DNA of 64,000 nucleotides from IMG/VR virus record IMGVR_UViG_3300020434_000055; one strand, written 5' to 3'. The notes below the pieces were generated by a model. It was not told where the DNA came from, made no database searches, and worked only from the letters and a program-made list of their open reading frames with translations. Shown one piece after another: positions 57,138 through 64,000 of this stretch. This stretch comes from a virus. Its lineage: Duplodnaviria; Caudoviricetes. Numbering within the stretch: the first letter of the stretch is position 1; each line of letters opens with the position of its first letter. The position numbers and the translations under genes were made by a program.

Positions 57138-57292
57138 TATTTTTTCTCTATTTTAGATTTTTCATTTGTTTTTTTAGTTGCTGGTTCATAAAAAGTTCTA
57201 ACTTTGCCCATATATTTTCGAGTAACTTTTTTAAGTCCAACGGCTTTTTCTGTGCCTGGTATAGGAATGCCCCATAATTCTCTAATCATCAT
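57137..57292 (-). CDS. Small basic 51-aa protein missing from the ORF track
   Basis: MMIRELWGIPIPGTEKAVGLKKVTRKYMGKVRTFYEPATKKTNEKSKIEKK; fills the gap exactly, with TAATG stop/start overlaps at both ends. Confidence 0.65.
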   Translation of the reverse strand: MMIRELWGIPIPGTEKAVGLKKVTRKYMGKVRTFYEPATKKTNEKSKIEKK

Positions 57293-58449
57293 TAATTGTC
57301 TGCCTTAGGTTTAAGTGCTTTAGATAAACTTTGTCTTTCAGTTACAGTTTCTCCACCTATTTGATTAGTTGCTGTATTATTAATAAACGTACCTTTTTGT
57401 GTAGCTCTTGTGTCTGTATTAGTTAATGTCATTCTTACACCATCTTCCATTTTAACCCATCTAGTCTTATCAAATCTAAATAATCTATTTGGTAAAAAGT
57501 CTGTTCTTAAGAAATAATCACCTTTAATTGCACTTGTTGGAAAAGTAATTCCATGACCAAATACTTCACCATTAGGTGCAATTCCATCACCTACTAAATA
57601 ACCTTGATATCCTGATCTATCAGGTGTTTGATTAACTCTGTCTGCTAATTCGTTTTGTGTACTAGCATCTAATTCATTTGTATCAGTAGTAACAAGCTCA
57701 GTATTACCTTTAGCATCTGTTTGTAATGTGTATAAATGACTAGTTTCATATCCACTTTTTGTAGTATCAGCTTCTGCTTGAGCAACAACAGCCTCATTAA
57801 TTTGCATTTCTTTTTCATATGTGGATAGTACATCTCTAAGTGTTTGACTTGATCCTTCTTGTGCAGGTAAATCAAGTATGCCTTTAAATTCTTGGCTGTC
57901 TACTATTTGTTTTAATTTTACTCTATATAAATGAGGATACCATGATACACTAAATCCTTCTGCCGCCCTGCTTATATCTTCTACTACATAGTATCTTTTT
58001 AATGCTAAATTAAAATCATTAAGGGCGTATTCGTCTTTTAAATGAGGTAATTCAAATACATCTCCCGGCATTATTTTTCGTCCTAACGTTTCTACAGAAG
58101 TTGATATAGGAATAGTCATAAACAATGTATCATTTTGTAAAAACAAACCAAACTGGCTCATATCAAAATCTATATCTGCTACATTGTATATTCCTCTTAA
58201 TGTATAAACACTTGAATCGTATTTTCTATCACGATTTTCAAGAAATAACATATCTTGAATGTTAGTTTCTTTTACAGCATTATATCTAGGTTGTGTAGCT
58301 GTAGCTTCTTCTTCTTCAGGATTCCTTGGACCTAGGTATTTGTGTACAAATACATCAGTGCCCCCTACAGTAAACATCTCATTAACTGTTCTATCTAAGA
58401 AGGCGTAGTCCTGTCCTTTTTCCGGTTTATATAGACTTATTCTTGGCAT
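57292..58449 (-). CDS. Neck / head-completion protein (T4 gp14-like)
   Basis: DMLFLENRDRKY, QFGLFL.NDTLFMT, GDVFELPHL, WYPHLYRVK; divergent from the gp13-like gene. Confidence 0.65.
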   Translation of the reverse strand: MPRISLYKPEKGQDYAFLDRTVNEMFTVGGTDVFVHKYLGPRNPEEEEATATQPRYNAVKETNIQDMLFLENRDRKYDSSVYTLRGIYNVADIDFDMSQFGLFLQNDTLFMTIPISTSVETLGRKIMPGDVFELPHLKDEYALNDFNLALKRYYVVEDISRAAEGFSVSWYPHLYRVKLKQIVDSQEFKGILDLPAQEGSSQTLRDVLSTYEKEMQINEAVVAQAEADTTKSGYETSHLYTLQTDAKGNTELVTTDTNELDASTQNELADRVNQTPDRSGYQGYLVGDGIAPNGEVFGHGITFPTSAIKGDYFLRTDFLPNRLFRFDKTRWVKMEDGVRMTLTNTDTRATQKGTFINNTATNQIGGETVTERQSLSKALKPKADN

Positions 58450-58455
58450 ACGTTA

Positions 58456-58486
58456 TATTTATTCTTAGGCAGGACGTTGATAAATA
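58456..58486. promoter_or_regulatory. Divergent pair of TAAATA late-promoter motifs
   Basis: TATTTA at 58456-58461 (minus-strand TAAATA) and TAAATA at 58481-58486 between the two neck genes. Confidence 0.55.
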
Positions 58487-58503
58487 TCTATAGAGAACAT
58501 ATT

Positions 58504-59262
58504 ATGGCAGATTTAGCAACACAAAAACAAGAAATATTCGACTACGTATACAATATGCTGGGCGGTGGCATGGTAGAAGTAGAGCTAGATCCAGCACATT
58601 ATGAAACAGCTTTACAAGATTCATTTGACAGATTCCGTCAAAGAGCAGATAATTCAGTAGAAGAAAGCTATATGTTTCTTACAACAGTAATAGACCAAAA
58701 TGCCTACACCTTAGCTAATGAAGTAATAGAAGTAAAAAAAATATATAGACGTTCAATTGGGTCACGAACGGGTGGAGGAGATGGCGGTACATTATTTGAA
58801 CCATTTAATTTAGCATATACAAACACATATCTTCTCGCTAGTACTAACATGGGAGGTTTAGCAACTTATAATATGTTTGCACAATTCCAAGAACTTGTGG
58901 GAAGAATGTTTGGTAGCTTTATTGAATTTAAATGGAACACTACAACTAAAGAATTAACTCTCTTACAACGACCTCGTTCAGACGAAGAATTACTATTATA
59001 TTGTTACAATTTTCGTCCAGATTCCGAATTAATGAAAGATTACCTAGTCAAAGAATGGCTTAAAAGACATACCCTTGCATTATGCAAAATATCACTAGGC
59101 CAAGCAAGAGGCAAGTTTGCCACTATTGCTGGACCACAAGGAGGAGCCGCATTAAACGGTGATTCTTTAAAACAAGAAGGTCAAGCCGAACTTGAAAAAC
59201 TTGATGAAGAACTAAAAACGCAAGTTGGTGGTGGTCAAGGGTATCATTTCACAATTGGTTAA
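58504..59262 (+). CDS. Neck protein (T4 gp13-like)
   Basis: LGGGMVEVELD..A..FRQR..N..EE and K..LGQARGKF..GPQGG..LNG motifs. ATG 58504 preferred. Confidence 0.7.
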   Translation: MADLATQKQEIFDYVYNMLGGGMVEVELDPAHYETALQDSFDRFRQRADNSVEESYMFLTTVIDQNAYTLANEVIEVKKIYRRSIGSRTGGGDGGTLFEPFNLAYTNTYLLASTNMGGLATYNMFAQFQELVGRMFGSFIEFKWNTTTKELTLLQRPRSDEELLLYCYNFRPDSELMKDYLVKEWLKRHTLALCKISLGQARGKFATIAGPQGGAALNGDSLKQEGQAELEKLDEELKTQVGGGQGYHFTIG

Positions 59263-59271
59263 TAATAACAT

Positions 59272-59300
59272 TTGACATTCGCATAAATTTCCGTTATACT
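59272..59300 (+). promoter_or_regulatory. Sigma70-type promoter, likely leaderless transcript
   Basis: TTGACA (59272-59277), 17-nt spacer, TATACT (59295-59300); ATG at 59307. Confidence 0.8.
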
Positions 59301-59306
59301 TTATAA

Positions 59307-59900
59307 ATGATTATAGGTATTTGCGGTCTCATGGGTAGTGGAAAAGACACCATAGCCGATCATCTTATTCAAGAGCATCAATTTAAAAAAATATCATTCG
59401 CAGATAAATTAAAAGAATCTGTTGCTACAATGTTTGATTGGGATAGAACTATGCTTGACGGTCAAACAGATGAAAGTAGACAATGGCGAGAAAAACCAGA
59501 TGAATATTGGTCTAAAGAAGTAGGCAAATCTATTACTCCAAGATTTGTATTACAAAAATTTGGTACAGAATGTATGCGTGATAATTTTTATGACGGTATA
59601 TGGGTTAGTATGACTAAAAAGAAAATTTTAGATAATCCTAATACTAACTGGGTTGTTCCTGATGTTAGATTTGAAAATGAAGTTAAAATGATTAAAAGTA
59701 TCAATGGTCAAGTATGGTGGGTAAAAAGAGGTGAATTACCTACATGGTTTAGAGTTTATCAAGACATAGGTGTAGAACCTAAAGATGTACATCCTAGTGA
59801 ATGGTCTTGGGCAAAGGCTAATTTTGATAAAGTTTTAGATAATAATTCTACTATGGATAATCTTAAAAATCAGGTACAAGATCACCTTGTTTCCACTTAA
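59307..59900 (+). CDS. Deoxynucleoside monophosphate kinase (T4 gp1-like)
   Basis: GICGLMGSGKDT P-loop, SFADKLKE, TPRFVLQKFGTE, VPDVRFENE. Confidence 0.88.
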   Translation: MIIGICGLMGSGKDTIADHLIQEHQFKKISFADKLKESVATMFDWDRTMLDGQTDESRQWREKPDEYWSKEVGKSITPRFVLQKFGTECMRDNFYDGIWVSMTKKKILDNPNTNWVVPDVRFENEVKMIKSINGQVWWVKRGELPTWFRVYQDIGVEPKDVHPSEWSWAKANFDKVLDNNSTMDNLKNQVQDHLVST

Positions 59901-60204
59901 ATCCTTCTTTATGTAATGTTCTTTGACAGTTGGCGCATACTGTTTTAAGATTTTTAAAGTTACAATTATTCATATGTCCATCAATATGAAACACATTAAA
60001 TTGTATTGGGTACTCACTTTTATACCCACACTTGTCACATTTACTTTTCATACGATAACCAGCATTATGCCATTTAGGCATACCATGATTGGCTCCACCA
60101 TATCTAATACAAGCTTCGCATTTACTTCTATAAAAGATTATATCCTTCTTATGATAGTTAATTGCACATGGATACTTGTTACAAACTTTACATAAAGGTC
60201 TCAT
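59863..60204 (-). CDS. Zn-finger / HNH-like protein
   Basis: Four CxxC pairs plus FHIDG..NN..NLKTVCANC (HNH-type). Confidence 0.6.
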   Translation of the reverse strand: MRPLCKVCNKYPCAINYHKKDIIFYRSKCEACIRYGGANHGMPKWHNAGYRMKSKCDKCGYKSEYPIQFNVFHIDGHMNNCNFKNLKTVCANCQRTLHKEGFKWKQGDLVPDF

Positions 60205-60318
60205 ATAGCTTATTTACCTGCCCTTTTCTGGCCCTTTTCATTTAGTAATTATAACCTGTCTTTTATGTAATAAGCATAAATAACGTTAACAAAGGAATTA
60301 TAAGCAGGAGATTATAAA

Positions 60319-63300
60319 ATGGCATTAGTTTCACCAGGAGTACAAGTAAGCGTAATAGACGAAAGTTTCTATACACCGGCCGAACCAGGCACGGTGCCAA
60401 TGATATTCGTTGCATCAGCACAAGATAAAACATCAAGTTCAGGAACAGGAACAGCATCAGGCACAACAGCCGCAAATGCTGGTAAAGTTAATCTAATTAC
60501 TTCTCAAAGAGAGTTAGCAGAAACATTTGGTGATCCTACATTTACTAAAGATGGTAATAATAATCCTATACATGGTGGTGAACTTAATGAATGGGGACTA
60601 CAAGCGGCTTACTCTTATTTAGGTGTAGCCAACAGAGCTTATGTTGTTAGAGCGGCAGTTGATACTGGAGAATTAAATGCTTCTGCAACAACACCAGCGG
60701 CTAACCCTCCATCAGGAACTTATTGGCTAGATACTGCTAATACAGAATGGGGAGTATTTGTTTGGAATGGTAATGCGTCAACTACTACAGGTGGACAAAC
60801 ATTTACAAAACATGATCCAATAGTTATAACTGACAAAACAAATTGCGTAGGAGGTGTTGCAGGTGCAGTACCTAAAACTTCAATAGGAGCAGTTGGTGAT
60901 TATGCCATTAATGCTACTACTACGTATAACGATTTATATTTTAAAAAGCATGATGGAACTTGGCAAAAAGTTGCTTCTGCAGGATGGAAACAAAGTAATC
61001 CTGCTATAATTGGTGCAACATCAAATCCAACTATTACTAATGGTAAGACTATGACTCTTAATGGTAATAATGTTACTGCTTCAGGAACTACTTTAGATGC
61101 TTTAGTTACAGAAATAAACACTAATAATCCACACGCAGGTATTAAAGCTAAAAATCTTGATAACAAATTAGCAATTTATTCAGACGGTTCTCAAGCTGGT
61201 CCTTTAGATACTAAAGTGACAATTGTAGACGGTACAGGACTAATGGCAGAAGTAGGAATTACTGCTTCAACTGGTGATGGTTATAAAATACCAGCATACA
61301 ATACTTCTACTCACACTAACGTTCCAGCATTTAAAGGAACTCTAGGTAATGATGGAATGGCGTCAGGCGCTATTTGGCTTAAAACAACTAGTCCAAATTT
61401 AGGTGCAAATTGGAAAGTTAAGAAATTTAATGATACTACTAAACTTTGGGAAGACGTAAGTGCTTCATTATACTCTAGCAATGAATCTGCATTATATAGT
61501 TTAGATTTATCTGGAGGAGGAGTAAATCTTCCAGTTGGTACATTATACGTTAATACAGTAAATGGTCAAACTGGCGAAGCTGATTTTAAACTTTTCAGAC
61601 GAGCAAACACAGGTTCAACAACAATTACATCAAGTGCAATAGCAACACAATTAACAGCGGCTACATATGCAGTTACTATAGAAGAATCAATAGTAGGAGC
61701 AGAAGCTCTTGCTTCTAAGACTTTTAGTGTAACAACTACTGCGGCAACTACTGATGCTGATGTATTAGCAGGCGAAATTAATAACGCAAGTTTTACAAAT
61801 GTTAGTGCTAGTGTTGATACACTTAACAGAGTTGTAATAACTCACAATGATGGTGGAGAAATTAAAATTACTGACACAGATGGATTAATAGCTCTAGCAG
61901 GAATAACACAAGATTCAACTAACGTAACATATGAACCAGGTATAGATCCAGCTAGTCCTCCTACTCCTAGAGTATATAGAGGATCTAATTGGGGAGCATT
62001 AACACATAATTCTTCTTCAACAGCTCCTACTTCACTTGCAACAGATGGACAACTTTGGTATTCATCTATTGTTGACCAAGCAGATATTATGGAACATACA
62101 GGTGCTAAATGGGATGGTTATTTAACTGTAAATGCAAACACAGATCCAGCAGGACCACAAGTTTCTGCTACAGCACCAACTACACAATCAGATGCTACAG
62201 CTCTTGTAGATAGAGATTTATGGATTGATTCAAGTGATTTAGAAAACTATCCTAAAATTTCTAGATGGAATGCAAGTACATTAAAATGGGTAGCAGTAGA
62301 TAATTCAGATCAAACAACAGAAGATGGTATTGTATTTGCAGATAGTAGATCAAGTACAGCAGGCGCAGATGAAACAGATGCTACAATTGTTGCTTTACTA
62401 ACTAGCGATTTTGTAGATACAGATGCACCAGATCCAGCATTATATCCAAAAGGAACTTTACTTTTCAATACACGTAGAAGTGGATTTAATGTTAAGAAAT
62501 TTGCAAGAAATCATGTAGACACTACAGCTAACAATCTTAGAATGGGTAGTGCATCTATGAGTGGTTATTATGCTCACAGATGGGTTACAGAATCAGCTAA
62601 TAATTCAGATGGTTCAGGTTCATTTGGACGAAGATCACAAAGAAAAGTTGTTGTACAATCACTTCAAGCATTGGTTAATGCTAATCAAGAAATTAGAGAT
62701 GATGAATCAAGAATATTCAACGTAGTTGCTTGTCCTGGTTATCCAGAACTAATAGGTGAATTGGTTAGTCTTAATAATGACAGAAACTTGTCAGCATTTA
62801 TAGTTGGTGATTCACCAATGAGATTAACATCAGATGCAACGTCATTAAACAACTGGGCAACTAACGTTAGTTCAGCAACTGAAGACAATGACAATGGTCT
62901 TGTAACTAACGACGATTATCTTGGAGTGTTTTATCCATCAGGATTTACAAGTGATAATTTTGGTAACAACGTTGTTGTTCCACCAAGTCACATGATGCTT
63001 AGAACAATTGCTTTAAGTGATCAAGTTTCATTTCCATGGTTTGCTCCAGCAGGTACAAGACGAGGAGGAATTACAAACGCTAGTTCAACTGGATATATAG
63101 ATTCAGAAGGAGAATTTGTAAGTTCTCCATTAAATGAAGGTCAAAGAGACACTTTATATTCTAGCAATGTTAATCCACTTACTTTTATAACAGGTGCTGG
63201 TTTAGTTAATTATGGACAAAAAACTAGAGCAGGTGGTACTTCATCTTTAGACAGAATTAACGTATCAAGATTAGTAATTTACTTAAGAAGTCAATTAAAC

Positions 63301-63567
63301 AAATTGGCTAGACCTTTTGTATTTGAACCTAATGATAAAATTACAAGAGATGAAATAAAAGCACAGGCAGATAGCTTATTACTTGAATTAGTAGGTAACA
63401 GAGCATTATATGACTTCTTAGTAGTGTGTGATGAATCAAATAACACACCTTCAAGAATTGACAGAAACGAACTATATTTAGATATAGCAATTGAACCAGT
63501 AAAAGCAATAGAATTTATATACATTCCATTGAGACTTAAAAATACTGGCGAAATAGCTGGTTTATAA
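60319..63567 (+). CDS. gp18: Tail sheath protein (T4 gp18-like)
   Basis: LVSPGVQVSVIDES start; WFAPAGTRRG, NPL..G..VNYGQKT, LDRINVSRL, VFEPND, IAIEPVKAIEFIYI. Confidence 0.96.
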   Translation: MALVSPGVQVSVIDESFYTPAEPGTVPMIFVASAQDKTSSSGTGTASGTTAANAGKVNLITSQRELAETFGDPTFTKDGNNNPIHGGELNEWGLQAAYSYLGVANRAYVVRAAVDTGELNASATTPAANPPSGTYWLDTANTEWGVFVWNGNASTTTGGQTFTKHDPIVITDKTNCVGGVAGAVPKTSIGAVGDYAINATTTYNDLYFKKHDGTWQKVASAGWKQSNPAIIGATSNPTITNGKTMTLNGNNVTASGTTLDALVTEINTNNPHAGIKAKNLDNKLAIYSDGSQAGPLDTKVTIVDGTGLMAEVGITASTGDGYKIPAYNTSTHTNVPAFKGTLGNDGMASGAIWLKTTSPNLGANWKVKKFNDTTKLWEDVSASLYSSNESALYSLDLSGGGVNLPVGTLYVNTVNGQTGEADFKLFRRANTGSTTITSSAIATQLTAATYAVTIEESIVGAEALASKTFSVTTTAATTDADVLAGEINNASFTNVSASVDTLNRVVITHNDGGEIKITDTDGLIALAGITQDSTNVTYEPGIDPASPPTPRVYRGSNWGALTHNSSSTAPTSLATDGQLWYSSIVDQADIMEHTGAKWDGYLTVNANTDPAGPQVSATAPTTQSDATALVDRDLWIDSSDLENYPKISRWNASTLKWVAVDNSDQTTEDGIVFADSRSSTAGADETDATIVALLTSDFVDTDAPDPALYPKGTLLFNTRRSGFNVKKFARNHVDTTANNLRMGSASMSGYYAHRWVTESANNSDGSGSFGRRSQRKVVVQSLQALVNANQEIRDDESRIFNVVACPGYPELIGELVSLNNDRNLSAFIVGDSPMRLTSDATSLNNWATNVSSATEDNDNGLVTNDDYLGVFYPSGFTSDNFGNNVVVPPSHMMLRTIALSDQVSFPWFAPAGTRRGGITNASSTGYIDSEGEFVSSPLNEGQRDTLYSSNVNPLTFITGAGLVNYGQKTRAGGTSSLDRINVSRLVIYLRSQLNKLARPFVFEPNDKITRDEIKAQADSLLLELVGNRALYDFLVVCDESNNTPSRIDRNELYLDIAIEPVKAIEFIYIPLRLKNTGEIAGL

Positions 63568-63597
63568 TAGGATAAATATTAATAGGAGATTATAAAA

Positions 63598-64000
63598 ATG
63601 AGTATATCAACATTATCAAAGATTACAGTACCTTTGAGTTCTAATCAAAGTTCTAGTAACCAAGGCCTATTAATGCCTAAGTTACAATATCGTTTTAGAG
63701 TAACTTTAGAAAACTTTGGTGTATCTACTCCTACTACTGAACTTACTAAACAAGTTCAGGATGTGATGAGACCTAATTTAAGTTTTGAAAAAACAACTAT
63801 TGATGTTTATAATTCAAAAGTATATCTTGCAGGTAAGCATACTTGGGAGCCAATTACTTTAACATTAAGAGAAGATGTTGCAAACAATGTTCAAAAATTA
63901 GTAGGCGAACAATTGCAGAAACAATTCGATTTCTTCGAACAATCTGCGGCGGCATCTGGAGCAGATTACAAATTTGTAACTAGAATTGAAATAACAGATG
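63598..64000 (+). CDS. gp19: Tail tube protein (T4 gp19-like), truncated by window end
   Basis: ATG 63598 after AGGAG; LMPKLQYRFRV..RPNLSF..YNSKVYLAGKHTWEPITLTLRED; follows the sheath gene. Confidence 0.88.
   Translation, partial: MSISTLSKITVPLSSNQSSSNQGLLMPKLQYRFRVTLENFGVSTPTTELTKQVQDVMRPNLSFEKTTIDVYNSKVYLAGKHTWEPITLTLREDVANNVQKLVGEQLQKQFDFFEQSAAASGADYKFVTRIEITD

Noticed and set aside
59863-60204. HNH-like gene as a mobile homing endonuclease or intron marker
   Set aside because: It is short, free-standing with its own TAAATA, and does not interrupt a gene; no intron structure is apparent.
1118-63524. Many short antisense or alternate-frame ORFs in the track (for example 1354-1980, 3359-3730, 47770-48171, 53962-54339)
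   Set aside because: They lie wholly opposite or within well-supported genes, lack RBS or motifs, and mirror the codon bias of the real strand.
1-64000. Stop-codon reassignment as in some large phages
   Set aside because: ORFs up to 2511 aa read through with the standard code, and gene density is high without recoding.

Overview
This is a 64-kb slice of the virion morphogenesis region of a large, AT-rich (roughly one-third GC by eye), T4-like myovirus. It is probably marine, and a few genes hint at a SAR11-like host. Order: head module (scaffolds, prohead protease, major capsid); a small early-type island (membrane protein, lipoprotein, hemB); about 45 kb of baseplate and tail-fibre genes built from paralogous pairs and shuffled domains; three Cys-rich paralogues; a GT9-like / carbamoyltransferase / GT9-like cassette; a reverse-strand cupin-hldD-2OG-Fe(II) oxygenase-hldE-NUDIX block; neck proteins; dNMP kinase; tail sheath; and the start of the tail tube. 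The most striking observations are four. (1) A ~93-aa domain occurs 11 times in four virion proteins and has inserted into copies of itself, giving a branched, Russian-doll architecture; a second domain family does the same. (2) An ADP-heptose synthesis plus glycosyl/carbamoyl transfer gene set sits inside the tail cluster. (3) GCWGC appears to be avoided, visible in Ala-Ala codon choice. (4) An arm-less HemB and a dNMP kinase are under leaderless sigma70-type promoters. All assignments come from motif recognition by eye; no searches were run.
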